Positions 23,001 to 35,827 of a stretch of 64,000 nucleotides of DNA are shown here, in pieces. Every line of letters begins with the position of its first letter. Positions within the stretch are counted from its first letter, which is position 1. Source of the DNA: Perkinsela sp. CCAP 1560/9 (taxonomy: Eukaryota; Protista; Euglenozoa: Kinetoplastea). The DNA is taken from assembly GCA_965644495.1 (NCBI GenBank), contig CBFFSA010000041.1:12836-76835 (forward strand), read 5' to 3'. The notes beneath the pieces were generated by a model. It was not told the origin of the DNA, made no database searches, and was given only the letters and a program-made list of their open reading frames with translations. The position numbers and the translations under genes were made by a program.

Positions 23001-23980
23001 TGGACATCAATCGCCGGAGCGGAGGCCCCGTAGTTGATCCGGACACGGGAAGAGCATTAGAGGAGATCAGCTCCCCTTTTCCGACAGGATCTAGTCAAAG
23101 TACAGAAACGGACAATTCTTGCACCCCCCGTCAACGTGCCTTGAGCGACGCAATCTCGGCGCACGAATTTTCATGTGCGTACGCAGCGGCGGACAGTAGC
23201 ACTCGCGCGAGGTACACCTCTCAGACTGGAGATGGGGCCAGCAGCTGGGCATTTTGCATCCCATCAACAGAGCTTGGCCACGCTTACACACCCACAGAAT
23301 TCCGCGCCCTCTCCAGGTGGTGGTTAGGTGCCAAGGTCTACAACGAGTTGAGCACGTGCCCAATTAACACATGCCAACAACCTCTCGACCTCGAAGGAAA
23401 CCATGCAGTGTCTTGCAAAAGTGGGAATGGACTGATCTCCCGCCACAATGCGCTCATTACACAATTCACCGACACGTGCTCCAAGGCGAATTTATCACCT
23501 TCACGTGAGGTAAGCCTGGGGAACCTAGGGCCTGGCGGCTGTCCCACGAGGCCGGGCGATGTCTTTATTCCGGGCTATGAGAAAGCTCAAGGTCTGGTGC
23601 TTGATTTTGCTGTCACCCACGTTCAGCAACCTAAATACACGGACTTAGTCCGCAACGCTAACGGGGTGGCGGCAGGATCATTTGCGGAGCACTACGCCGC
23701 TTCTCACAAGGTGAAAGAGAGAGAGGAGGCGGAACAAGCAAAACATGTGTTTGTTGCCATGGTGGTAGAATCATATGGTGCTTGGAGTGCAAGTGCCCTA
23801 TCAATCCTTAGATGGGTTGGGAAGCATCGCGCCTCATGTTCCCAGGGGACTCTATCTCAAGAAGCAGCTACCCGTCAGCTGCTTCAAGAGCTTAACCTCA
23901 CCCTGATGCGTTCTCAATCGAGAATGCTTGTCTCACGCATGCCGGCTGAAGATCCACAACCGGCACTTATTTTGCAGTAG
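20039..23980 (+). CDS. CRE-C polyprotein (intact): LsmAD-like, zinc fingers, RT, REL
   Basis: 1313-aa ORF with WDQF..STYDE.IYTT, LWYLDDG and RPGD; poly(A) at ~24433-24456. Confidence 0.92.
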   Translation: MPTSVEEQNPTFEEEASSHTLGSWDQFAANKSLAKGPSTYDELIYTTALPNDIPQDWEKRTDEILRSMKTATQDSTPDLGHANELSSERTEEEIHCSVRRDDEPSPFHFEGTHSNSPSQLQTSNRAVKERCLRRTRGMEGAVDTENAMMFPDLTPTELDFTITTKRKGRRKKKRIKRTATTCTDGTNSSSPEGDEHEDSVTPEPTQNGKQKRRRDIAKSFSNYFPTTGHRTDKTPSGKSQLPPSVAAFRSTPQDSLKTCPVKGCVWKTLAHGGRWQAYYNHVATRHANEVPESWWTNEGRFLCQKCGRHYEEGKRATHDNACKGTSTDSVANPANNLTQSSLDHGSRSTDVSQSVQPLPLPSLSDICMTPINTSRDVPFRCRYQWAKTLTDVLSSVASENSVAAWTRLGMLPKCVLPAPNRGGRKGRLSYASHVTKSLERWGKGEFTALWIEATKNNTKSSHPSTKDQDQDQELAQEVRRAKERCEKLVRQGEVSRGMSALTAAPFAPDNDETYCKLMAKHPTRAQDCMLQDLPYPNAPPLKVNEEEVKHALGSFRKGSSGGTMSLRAEHLQIALRAHVDEKVHPLTALTDVVNVLLSGKAPFEIQERFAGARLCALQKGECDVRPIAAGETIRRLVGKVACLTAKKKASRLFKGIQYGVATPAGSERVIHLCRQTMSRHADDTNFVLCKVDLANAFNRVSRSAFIALLRKHFPELSAWVEWTYSTDSLLTYGSRTLPSSEGVQQGDPLGPLLFSLVMLEAAKMIKEALPGSLQLHLWYLDDGVIAGKAEDVSFALETLSRVGPKWGLHINTSKCEIITNPASAHQTALFSDIPEPKINREGNFDILGSPIGSAQHCIDFLTTHAVEPAEETLEAIEMLEDPQIALSLIRQCAGFCQMVHSLRTTPPHELSALCQRLDEAVLHAYEWNICPLSSSARSQVQRPKRYGGFGLRSASAHRSAAYVSSVAFAAETDRWLPSDAEGFSSAVLDINRRSGGPVVDPDTGRALEEISSPFPTGSSQSTETDNSCTPRQRALSDAISAHEFSCAYAAADSSTRARYTSQTGDGASSWAFCIPSTELGHAYTPTEFRALSRWWLGAKVYNELSTCPINTCQQPLDLEGNHAVSCKSGNGLISRHNALITQFTDTCSKANLSPSREVSLGNLGPGGCPTRPGDVFIPGYEKAQGLVLDFAVTHVQQPKYTDLVRNANGVAAGSFAEHYAASHKVKEREEAEQAKHVFVAMVVESYGAWSASALSILRWVGKHRASCSQGTLSQEAATRQLLQELNLTLMRSQSRMLVSRMPAEDPQPALILQ

Positions 23981-24456
23981 CCTAAACCAAGGCTCGCGGA
24001 TCCCGGAATGTTCGAAGGCTGAGGGTGCTGGTCTCGTCGACAGAGTCTATACTCACGCCTAGTCCGTCAGGGCTAGGTACCCCAAGTGAGGTAGTACACG
24101 GGTAGTGAATCTCCTCCCCGTCGGCCAGCATCCTGTTTCGCGACCGTGTCGCTGTCGACACAGGCCCGCGCCTGCGCCCTCCCGTATAACAAGGGAAAGG
24201 TCCACAAGTCAGGCCGTGGAGAGGTCGAAAGACCCGGTCCGGAACGCGCGAATGGTTGAGGAGCCGCCTGCAGGCCGGGTGAGGCGAAGCTGAGGGAGAC
24301 CTTACCCCCCCTGAAAAGTTGAAAAGTTGGGTAGGGGAAAGCAGGAAAGTAGGGAGAAAGGTGGGAAAAGTATGTCAAGAGGTGAGAAAGAGGAGAAAGA
24401 GAGAGAAAAATTTTCTTTATTTGCATAAAAACAAAAAAAAAAAAAAAAAAAAAAAA

Positions 24457-24662
24457 GACTTTTCACTGCATTTCTCTTCAGGGAGGCGGCTTCGTGGGGG
24501 GAAATTGTTTGCTAGTTTGGGGTGGGCTGATTGCTTGTGGAAGGAGGAAAAACTAAGAAATTTACATACATTCATATCCCCCCCAATGGACCTACTTAGT
24601 TCGCATAATGGGTAATATAGAGGCAATGCCGCGTTTCATACATCTCCCCCCTTATTAATTGC

Positions 24663-24689
<27 letters not shown>
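24457..24689 (+). mobile_element. ~205-nt non-coding poly(A)-tailed unit (SINE-like candidate)
   Basis: Near-identical, with the same start, at 51713-51945 and ~58977-59207. Confidence 0.65.
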
Positions 24690-24693
<4 letters not shown>

Positions 24694-24900
24694 ACGATAA
24701 AGATACAGTTTCTGTACCTTGTTGAATTAATTTTTCTTTCCCTATTTCTTTTATCCGGACAATGAGGGAGGCTGATTCATGCGGCTCGACGACGATACGA
24801 GAAGATGACCTTTTTGCCCAAGAGGAGAAAACACACACGCCAGGCTCCTGGGACCAGTTTGAGGGTAATCAGCATCTTATCTCTGCAACTAGTACATACG
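24690..24900 (+). pseudogene. SL exon + 5' stub of CRE-A, recombined into type E sequence
   Basis: SL at 24690-24724, ATG at 24762; switches at a CGA microhomology (24899-24901) to sequence equal to 8260 onward. Confidence 0.9.
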
Positions 24901-27432
24901 AAGGCAGGACTTCCGTGTGTTATCGAACCGCGAATTCACTCCTCATTTTATTGTACAAAGTGTAAATGCTCTATTTCTGCGGAGGTTTCTGACCAACATC
25001 CATGTAAGGCGCGCAGGATTCGATCTGGCCCCGACCTCGCTATCATGTGGCCCCATATGGGAGAAGTCCTCTATGATTTCACAGTGGTTCACACTTGCTG
25101 CAACAGTTACAAGAAACAAACAAGCAACTACCTACTGCAGCAAGCCCAGGAAAGGAAGTTCAAGAAATATGTGACAGAGAAAGGTGTGGACAGTGAGGCA
25201 TTTCGTTGCATCGCCGCCTCAGATTGTGGTGTGTTGCACAACGACACAAAACAACTATTAAAGGCGTTGGCTCAGCGCGCGAATCGAAAATATGAAAACG
25301 TGCGTGAGGCTTTTCAGCTGGAACTTGAAAAGCTATCGGCTTACACGGTAGTGTCTCAACTCCGAGATTACATCACCGATGAAAAGTGGATTGGGAGTTT
25401 ACGACTCTAAAAGAGTTCACTACCACACGTATATCTCCGTACAAATAAGTATTGATTAGTTGCCTTCGAATATATTAGGTCCTTTCGAATGTATTAGATA
25501 CTGCTACTTCTGCATTGATTCTTCATCACGTTTGACAACAATTGGCGCGTATACAATAATTGATCCGGGAACTGTTCTTTTTTACTTTGAGGCTTTGCTG
25601 GTTTCGAGGGGACAAGTGTCATCCATGCTGTTTTATGCTGTTTTATGTGGTCCAACATATATTCGATTATTGAAAATTGTTGATCTTACCATGTGAATGG
25701 AACGATGCGTATTGCATCGGTACACGAACATTGCCCCGTAGTTTGTTCAAATTAGTTTCTACGGATAGTTGCCGGGGATTTCCAGACGGCGAGTAAGTTC
25801 AAAAAAAAAAAAAAAAAAAAGCGATGACCGTAAATTTCTGGTAGAGTGAAGTTCGAGTTGTGTCATCGCAACTTTCCTTTTGCGAGTGGAAAAAGGTTAT
25901 AAGTCACTAGAGTAAAATAATGTATAGTATAGTATGCTAAAAGTATAATTACATGGTTCCCCCCGGAGGGGGCAAAATCAGGTACATATATGTATATGTG
26001 CCCCGTAGGGCCACGGTCAAAGAATAAATATTTTCTTCAAGCAATTCTTTCCGTAAACTCTAAGGATAACCGATCACCTAGGCGACCCTTGGAAACACGA
26101 AGGCAACACCAACAGACTATTAAGGACAGCACCCTCGGCGAACAAACGCCGACACGCTCTCAGCCAGCCCACCAGATCCAATCACCTCCAAAGCATTCCT
26201 CCGGCACAAAACCCATGACTAGCGAAACTGGTTGTTCCGAAGCACAATCGGACGGTAGGCGCGAAGACTTTGGCAACAGATATGCCCCACGAAACGGAAG
26301 CGACAAGCCCCCACCACTTCCGCAGAGCGCTCCCAAACACCGCATCTGTCCTGCTGAAGGATGCGCCTGGCGCACGATTGCACATGGAGGGTCTTGGCAA
26401 GCATTTTATAACCACGTAGCGTACCACCACAGTACCGGCGTCCCGGCTGCATGGTGGGCAGCGGAAGGCAAGTTCCTTTGTGAAACGTGCGGCAAACACT
26501 ACACGCTCAACCGTAAAACTACGCACCCGAAGACCTGCATCGGTCAATCAAGTCAAGCAGCACAAATGTCAGTAGATATTTTTTCGCAGCACTCCATCGT
26601 AACAGAAACCGCCGAATTACCTACTTTGGCAAGTGTCTGCACACTCGCGAAGAGCACATGTAAAGACGTGCCCCACCGATGCCGTCAGCTGTGGGCGGAG
26701 ATCTTAACCTCGGCAATTTTCTTCAACCTCGGCAATTTTCTTCATTTCAGTGCTCCGGATGCCAGAATAGTGTAACCGAGGAAAATCTCACAGAACACCA
26801 GCGCAGCTGTCGCGGCAGTGTCCGCAGATCTGGGCCCGACCTTATGATCTACTGGGCAGACGGTCCGATGTATTATGACCTAACTGTAGTTCACGAGTTT
26901 TCAGCAGCTCACATAAACAAAACGCCTCAAAAAATGATGAACGAAGTCATCACGAAGAAACGCGACCGTTACGTAACTTCTGGGATGATTGCGAATGATC
27001 GTTTCATGTGTATCCCTGTCCTTTCGGGTGGAGCGCTACATAAGCATACAAAACGTCTATTAACAGCTTTAGCAGATCGTTGCCTTATTTAGAATTCAGG
27101 AGCGATGTCTGACCCAGATGGAGCGATAACTCTAGAGCGCCCAAAACTCCCTTTCAGCTCGGGCTGTCGATCCACCAGGTTCAATTTCTCCTTACGCTTT
27201 TTAAGACTGAGAGGATAAAAATGGAGGCTCTCCAAGAAGACGTGCAGAGCGGCAGTATTAGGGAAGTTGGAAAGAAGTGTGAAGGTGAGTAGTCAAAGGC
27301 TGCGAGTTGCAGCAAACAGATCGTGCGTCCTTCTAATGTTGAAGGCTTGAAAGTAGTAGTGCTTGATATGCTTTTTTTTGTTTACTAAAAGTTTACGAAA
27401 AGAATTGTACAATGGAAATTTTGATTTCTGAG

Positions 27433-27465
<33 letters not shown>

Positions 27466-27469
<4 letters not shown>

Positions 27470-27503
27470 TTAACGATAAAGATACAGTTTCTGTACCTTG
27501 TTG
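27466..27503 (+). other. Spliced-leader exon (duplicate of 10827)
   Basis: Same sequence. Confidence 0.85.
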
Positions 27504-27539
27504 AATTATTTTTCTTTCCCTATTTCTTTTATCCGGACA

Positions 27540-30500
27540 ATGAGGGAGGCTGATTCATGCGGCTCGACGACGATACGAGAAGATGACCTTTTTGCCCAAG
27601 AGGAGAAAACACACACGCCAGGCTCCTGGGACCAGTTTGAGGGTAATCAGCATCTTATCGCTGCAACTAGTACATACGATGAATCCCTCTACACGACGCC
27701 CATACCAGAAAATATTACACCAGCCTGGCAAGACAAAATGGAAACGGCACTACAATCTTTGCACCGAGAGAAGCAGACACCTGACACGGGGATGATTTTA
27801 TCGGCAGACGAAGAGAGAAATCATTCCAGCGTATCAAGAGACTGTGCCCCCAATACGTCTGGCAAAGGTCAAGAAGTAACAAGCCAAACCCCAGAGCGGT
27901 ACGAACCACATTCCATGGCCACAGCGAGGCTTCTCCCACGAAAAAGCCCTCTTTCTAGCCAAAAGTCGACGCCCAAAATTTTCGAGAGAGGGGTTAGTAA
28001 AGATTCCAAGACTCGCCAACCAGCTAGACGAGACACAATGAGACGTCGCACCTGTCCAGTCGAAGTGTGCAACTGGAGCACCGCATCACACGGAGGGAAG
28101 TGGCAGGCCTACTACCATCACGTCGCAAGCCAACATAGCGATACTGTGCCTTCGGAATGGTGGGAAAAAGAAGGACGTTTCTTATGCCCCTCATGCGGCA
28201 AGCACTATGATCACAATAAAAAAGCTTCCCATGAGGAAAAATGTCAAGACTCCTTGGGCTCTTACACCTCGTCGCTAACCTGTGAGCCAGAAACCGAAGA
28301 GGCTTCCATTTCCCAAATTTACAAGGATTCGCTCCCGTCTCTTGATTGTGTCTGCTCTTACGCCATCAACACATGCAAAGATGTACCATTCCGATGCAGA
28401 CAACAGTGGGCCTCCGTTTTGACTCAAACAATGGCTGCAGTGGTTAGAGAGAACTCGGTTGAGGCCTGGACACGCTTAGCGATGCTCCCAAAATGTGTCC
28501 TGCCCGCGCCCAAAAGAGGGGGACGAAAAGGAAATTCGTCCTATACCACGAAAACGAGCCAACGCATGGATCGCTGGGAATCCAGGGAATACGCGGCACT
28601 GTGGAACGAATCTGTTGCGCAAATGGTAAAGAAGCGGGAGAGGAGCGATGATGAGGAAGTGGACGAGTCCGGCAAGGCGGCGAAACGAGCCGAGTTGCTG
28701 GCCAGATAAGGGGAGTTTTCCCGTGCGATGGCAGCCCTTACAGCAGCACCGATGGCACCTGAATCCGAAGAAACTTACGAAAAACTCCAATCGAAGCACC
28801 CAGGTAGATTGCCTTTATCATCTTCCGTCACATTCCGACCCATAGAAGGAGAGCCTTTACATCTATCCGAAGGCGAAGTTGAAAAGGCACTACGCAGTTT
28901 CCGGCGCGGAACATCGGCTGGCACCATGGGCCTCCGCCCTGAGCATCTCCAGAGCGCCTTAGCAGCACACCCTGATGACAAGGTACAGCCGCTTTTCTAT
29001 CTCAAGGAAGTCATGAACCTCTTGCTGTCCGGGAAAGGTTGTCTCCAAGTCCAGAAGTTCTTCGGCGGCGCCAGACTATGTGCCTTAGAAAAAGGAGAAA
29101 ATGATGTCCGTCCTATTGCTGCCGGCGAAACAATAAGGCGACTTGTGAGCAAAGCGGCCTGCTCCGCAGTAAAGGAAAAGGCAAGCAAACTACTCTGGCC
29201 TCATCAATACGGAGTCGCAACACCTGCAGGGGCCGAACGCCTGATCCACCTGTGTAGGCACGTGATGGCCTCTCAGGCGGGAAGTTCTGATTTCACGCTA
29301 TGTAAAGTGGATCTGCGAAATGCCTTTAACAACATCTCAAGAACTGCCTTTGCTGCACTTACGAGGGAGCACTTCCCGGAGCTCTCCCCGTGGGTTGAAT
29401 GGTGTTACACCACCGAGAGTATTCTCACTTACGGTTTCCGTCAGATTTCTTCAAAGGAGGGTGTGCAACAAGGGGATCCGTTGGGTCCTTTACTTTTTTC
29501 CCTCGTCATGCAACTGGTTACTACCGAGATAGATCGACAACTTCCTGGTCTTCTTAAGCTTAATCTGTGGTATTTGGATGACGGCATTCTCGGGGGGAAG
29601 GCTCAAGACGTCAGACGAGCTTTAGACATCATCGAACGAGTCGGCCCACAGTGGGGCATCTTCCTAAACGCCAACAAGTGCGAGGCGATCACACATCCTG
29701 AATCCGCCGAACACCTGGACAGCTTCGGCAACATCCCGACGACTAAAAAGACAAGCGAGGGAAATTTTTCAATTTTAGGTAGCCCTGTAGGAACGACTGA
29801 TTTCTGCACAGAATTTCTCCGTGAACACACCCTGTTGCCTGCTGAAGAATCCCTAGCCGCGATCGAATACATGGAAGACCCGCAAGTTTCCCTCGCACTC
29901 ATCCGACAATGTGCTGGTTTCAGCCAAATGGCATATTCTCTTAGAACCACACCCACCAATTCCGTCCATGAGCTATGCGAAGAACTTGACACAGCAATAC
30001 TACATACCACGGAACGCTCTATATGTCCTTTAAATGAAGATGCTGCCGCACAAGTACAACGTCCAAAATCTTACGGTGGATTCGGGCTGCGCTCTTCAGC
30101 GATGCATGCCTCATCGGCGTACGTTTCCTCAGTCTCTTTCGCAGCGGATAAGGACAACTGGAACTCCCTCGACGCAAAAGATTTTGCTGATGCAGTACTG
30201 GACGTCAATTCACGAGCGGGCACCAGCGTCCTGGAAGAGAAAACCGGTCTAATTTCCCCTCAGCACGCTTCCTCTCTCTCTCACCTCAAAAAAGTACTGG
30301 GTCTCCGTGGATCAAAACGACCTCTCCCGGCGAATCTTCCCGTAGCACCACCCGGAGACACGACGACCCCTTACTTTGAACAAACGAAACTCGACCACGA
30401 GTTTTCATCTTCCAACGACCGAGTCGCACGCCAAAAGGTGCTCAGCCGTGCAATTTCTTCCCGCGAGTACACCGATGCATATCAGAAAGCTGATCCTCAA

Positions 30501-31379
30501 ACGAGGGCACGTTGGATATCTCAATCTGGAAAAGGGGCAGGTGACTGGCTGTTTGTCACGCCCTCCAGGGAAAAGGGGCACGCCTTTACTAAAACGGAGT
30601 TCCGCACCCTGTGCACCTGGTGGCTAGGACAAAAAGTATATCCAGAAACACACCCCTGTCCCGTCTCAGGCTGCACGCTTCCGATGGGACCACAAGGAGA
30701 CCACGCATTGGTCTGTAAACACGACTACGGGATCTCTGCGAGGCATAATGCCTTGGCCCTCCAGTTCTTTGACGTTTGTCAAAAGGCCAATTTGTCTCCG
30801 AAAAGGGAGCACAGCCTCGGCAACAGAGGTCCAGGGGGGGCACTCACAAGACCAGGGGATGTGTTCCTTCCGAGCTACACGCTCGGTAAAGGCCTTGTCT
30901 TTGATTTTGCGGTGACCCACGTCCAGCAACAGAAATATACGGACCTGGTCCGTTCTGCTGGCATGGTAGCTGCAGGGGCCTTCGCAGAGAAATATGCAAC
31001 GAACCACAAGCGTGGACAAAGGCAAGAGGCTATAGAGGCCGGGCATGATTTCACCGCCATGGTAGTGGAATCGTACGGATCATGGAGTCCGACGTCCCTC
31101 CATATGCTGAAGAAGATCGCGGGAAAAAGAGCCGCAGCATGTAAGGGTGATATGTCCGAGCAAGCGTCAATGTTTTTTCTTCTCCAGGACATGAACGTTA
31201 CGCTCATGCGGTCTCAGGCACGAATGCTTGTAAGACGCATGGCAGACGTGGATATCCATGCCAGTCTCGCTTTACTGCACGAGGCACCCTCTGACACCAC
31301 ACCAAATCGTGCCAGCTGCGGACCGGCAGGAGCGATCGAGCCTACAGTGCCTATTCTCACGCCTCGCCTTCGTGAGTGA
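27540..31379 (+). pseudogene. CRE-A copy 2 with a nonsense mutation
   Basis: CAA>TAA at 28707 splits the ORF into 27498..28709 and 28728..31379. Confidence 0.9.
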
Positions 31380-31832
31380 GGTACCCCAAGGTGAGATAGG
31401 TAGGGATTCGGACTGACAGTCCTATTTCAGCACGAAGACGCCATGGTATCCAGGACGGGTGCTGGTCGGGTCGACAGAGTCTATGCTCACGCCTAGCCCG
31501 CGAGGGCTAGGTACCCCAAGTGAGGTAGTACACGGGTAGTGAATCTCCTCCCCGTCGGCCAGCATCCTGTTTCGCGACCGTGTCGCTGTCGACACAGGCC
31601 CGCGCCTGCGCCCTCCCGTATAGCAAGGGAAGGGTTCACAAGTCAGGCCGTGGAGAGGTCGAAAGACCCGGTCCGGAACGCGCGAATGGATTGGGCCTGG
31701 ATTGCTTGTTTTTATTTTTACTGTTTCTTGTTTGTCGTATATACTTAGGGGAGATTGAATTGCTAGTTTTGGGCTTAGAAAAAAGAAAAAGAAAATATAC
31801 TTCTGTGGAAATAAAAAAAAAAAAAAAAAAAA

Positions 31833-32360
31833 TCTCACGCATGCCGGCTGAAGATCCACAACCGGCACTTATTTTGCAGTAGCCTAAACCAAGGCTCGCG
31901 GATCCCGGCATGTTCGAAGGCTGAGGGTGCTGGTCTCGTCGACAGAGTCTATACTCACGCCTAGTCCGTCAGGGCTAGGTACCCCAAGTGAGGTAGTACA
32001 CGGGTAGTGAATCTCCTCCCCGTCGGCCAGCATCCTGTTTCGCGACCGTGTCGCTGTCGACACAGGCCCGCGCCTGCGCCCTCCCGTATAACAAGGGAAA
32101 GGTCCACAAGTCAGGCCGTGGAGAGGTCGAAAGACCCGGTCCGGAACGCGCGAATGGTTGAGGAGCCGCCTGCAGGCCGGGTGAGGCGAAGCTGAGGGAG
32201 ACCTTACCCCCCCCTGAAAAGTTGAAAAGTTGGGTAGGTGAAAGCAGGAAAGTAGGGAGAAAGGTGGGAAAAGTATGTCAAGAGGTGAGAAAGAGGAGAA
32301 AGAGAGAGAAAAATTTTCTTTATTTGCATAAAAACAAAAAAAAAAAAAAAAAAAAAAAAA
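31833..32360 (+). mobile_element. 5'-truncated CRE-C 3' fragment with poly(A)
   Basis: Matches ~23932-24456 (offset ~7,902 bp). Confidence 0.9.
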
Positions 32361-32397
32361 ACTTTAACGATAAAGATACAGTTTCTGTACCTTGTTG
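32360..32397 (+). other. Spliced-leader exon at the CRE-D 5' end
   Basis: Same SL sequence, followed by AATT. Confidence 0.85.
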
Positions 32398-35300
32398 AAT
32401 TATTTTCTTTTTTCCTTTCCCCTTTTTGGTTCAACTAGTATGTCCTGCCGCGAACGTCCATGTACACACTCCTCAGAAAATGAAGCGTCCTTCGCAAGAA
32501 TGGTGAACACAGACGACGTTACATTGAACGAGGCGGAGAAATCACACCTTCTTGGTAGTTGGAATCAATTTGAGGGCAACAGACATCTCATCTCAGCTCC
32601 CAGTACCTATGACGAAAGTCTGTACACAACGGAAATCCCGAGGAATATCCCTGCAGAATGGCTACGCCTCGCTGAAAAAAAATCAGACGACCGCGAAACA
32701 CCGGACACGGGACACCACCTAGCCGAGAATGAGGAAATACAACACTGCGCAGTACAACGAAAGGGTACGACAGCCAACCTTGCAGCTAGTATTTCTACTC
32801 TGAAATCAGGGCCAGCAATCAACGCTGCACTGAAGGATGCAATATCACGTCAACAGCGCAATGCGGATGGGATCAAAGGAGTTTCAAAGACGGATAACCG
32901 ATCACCTAGGCGACCCTTGGAAACACGAAGGCAACACCAACAGACTATTAAGGACAGCACCCTCGGCGAACAAACGCCGACACGCTCTCAGCCAGCCCAC
33001 CAGATCCAATCACCTCCAAAGCATTCCTCCGGCACAAAACCCATGACTAGCGAAACTGGTTGTTCCGAAGCACAATCGGACGGTAGGCGCGAAGACTTTG
33101 GCAACAGATATGCCCCACGAAACGGAAGCGACAAGCCCCCGCCACTTCCGCAGAGCGCTCCCAAACACCGCATCTGTCCTGCTGAAGGATGCGCCTGGCG
33201 CACGATTGCACATGGAGGGTCTTGGCAAGCATATTATAACCACGTAGCGTACCACCACAGTACCGGCGTCCCGGCTGCATGGTGGGCAGCGGAAGGCAAG
33301 TTCCTTTGTGAAACGTGCGGCAAACACTACACGCTCAACCGTAAAACTACGCACCCGAAGACCTGCATCGGTCAATCAAGTCAAGCAGCACAAATGTCAG
33401 TAGATATTTTTTCGCAGCACTCCATCGTAACAGAAACCGCCGAATTACCTACTTTGGCAAGTGTCTGCACACTCGCGAAGAGCACATGTAAAGACGTGCC
33501 CCACCGATGCCGTCAGCTGTGGGCGGAGATCTTAACTAGCGCTTTGAAGGCAGCAGTACAAGAAAACTCAGTAGCGACATGGACACTCCTTGCCATGCTC
33601 CCAAAGTGTGTGTTACCGGCCCCTCGACGCGGAGGGCGTAAAGGCTACATGGCGTACTCATCCCACGTTCGAAAGTGCATGGAGCGATGGATGGCAAAGG
33701 ACTACACTCAGTTGTGGAAAGAGGCAGCCGCTAATAGACGACAACGAAACCCTGACCCCATTTCGGAACAACATGAGGCCCAGAAAGCCGTCATCCGCGC
33801 AGAACTTCTAGTCAGACAAGGTGAATTCTCTAGAGGTATGGCTGCCTTAACCGCAGCGCCGATGGCAGATGAAAACGAAGAAACATATGCGAAGCTGTTG
33901 GAGAAGCATCCGGCACGTCAAACTACTACGGAAGCCCTCGCCGACCTTCCACCACACGTCAAACATTTGAACCTCGAAGAATCCGATATTAAAGTAGCCA
34001 TAAACAGTTTTCGTCGAGGATCTTCAGCAGGTACGATGGGTCTCCGCCCGGAACACTTACAATCCGCGCTTCTTTCCTACGAAGACAAGAATGTTCACCC
34101 GCTTCAGGAACTCACAAACCTAGCTAATCATCTTCTTTCTGGCAAAGCACCCATCGAAGTACAAGCATATTTCGCAGGTGCGCGACTATGTGCGCTCAAG
34201 AAGGGGGAAAACGACGTTCGCCCTATCGCAGCGGGGGAGACTATTCGTCGGTTAGTGAGCAAGGCCGCATGCAGTAGTGTCCGAATGAAAGCGGGGAAAT
34301 ACTTTGAAGCACAACAATATGGAGTGGCCACCCGAGCAGGGGCAGAACGTATCATTCACCTTTGTAGGCTTGCAATGGACACTGACACAACAAATTCCGA
34401 TATAGTTTTATGCAAAGTTGATTTGTCCAACGCATTTAACAACGTTAGCCGTGACGCATTCATCAGTCTCACCAGAGAGCACTTCCCGGAATTGTCCAGA
34501 TGGGTAGAATGGTGCTACGTCGAAACCAGTAGCTTAACTTACGGGCACCGTTTCGTACCGTCCGCGGAAGGGGTACAACAGGGCGATCCCCTCGGTCCTC
34601 TTCTCTTTTCCTTAGTCATGTTGGAGGTTACCAAACAAATTCAGTCGTACACGGAACTTCTTCTAAACCTGTGGTACTTAGACGATGGAGTTTTTATAGG
34701 GAAAGCAGAAGAAGTAAGAAAAGCCCTCGACATACTTGATCACCTCGGACCAGGTCAGGGACTACACCTCAATAGCAAGAAATGCGAGATCATCACACTA
34801 CCCTCATCTGCACACCAAACATCTCTTTTCCCAGATATACCAAAAGACAAGCAAAACACAGAAGGAAATTTCGACATCCTAGGAAGCCCTATCGGATCCC
34901 ACAAACACTGCGCCGAATACCTCATGACCAATGCGATCGAACCAGCAGAAGATACTTTAGTTGCTTCCAGTTTAATTGAGGACCCGCAGGTCGCCATGGC
35001 ACTGATACGACAATGTGCTGGCTTTTGTCAACTGGTCTACGCCCTACGTACAACACCCCCACAATGCATACAACGCGTTTGCGAACATCTAGACAATTCA
35101 CTGTTGAGCACAGCTGAGGAAATACTTTGCCCACTGAACGCCCCTGCCCGCGCTCAGATCCAACGCCTGAAGAGACACGGAGGTTTCGGTCTGCGTTCAT
35201 CGGAAATGTACTCGTCTTCAGCTTACGTAGCATCTGTGGTGTTCGCAGCAAGCAAGGACGGATGGAATCCACTGGACGCGGAAGGTTTTTCACCTGCCGT

Positions 35301-35827
35301 CAACGACGTGAACGCAAAAGCCGGAGGCACTCTCGTAGATCCCGAAACGGGTCGTTTCCTTTGCCCCACCACCCAACAGCGCGACCTATCACATCCCTCT
35401 TTTCCCCCAAAGCCACCCATTCACTCTTCCACACAGGTCGATACAGCCCGCGAGCCATCAGACACCGGACCTTTTTTAGATGCTGACCCGCCGTTGGGCG
35501 CTGACCTTGACATAGATATTGACCCGCCAGAATGGGACGAAAGTATCATCCCACGTCAGAAAGATATCATCCGCGCTATAGGGGAAAGGGAGTTTAATAT
35601 AGCATACTGTTCCGCTGATACACGAACGCGAACCAGATGGGTATCACAATCAGGGAAAGGGGCTAGCAGTTGGGCATTCGTCACCCCATCGAAGGACCTG
35701 GGCTATGCATTCAAACCCGCGGAGTTTCGAACCTTGTGTCGATGGTGGTTGGGGGTGGATGTATACGGAGAAACTCGTCCATGTCCCTCGGATGAATGCA
35801 AACTCCCTCTGGGTCCTGAAGGGGATC

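Larger units (their letters stand above)
24899..31832 (+). repeat. Segmental duplication of 8260..15193 (offset 16,639 bp)
   Basis: ORFs recur at a constant offset (9351/25990, 10040/26679, 10859/27498) with few SNPs. Confidence 0.95.
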
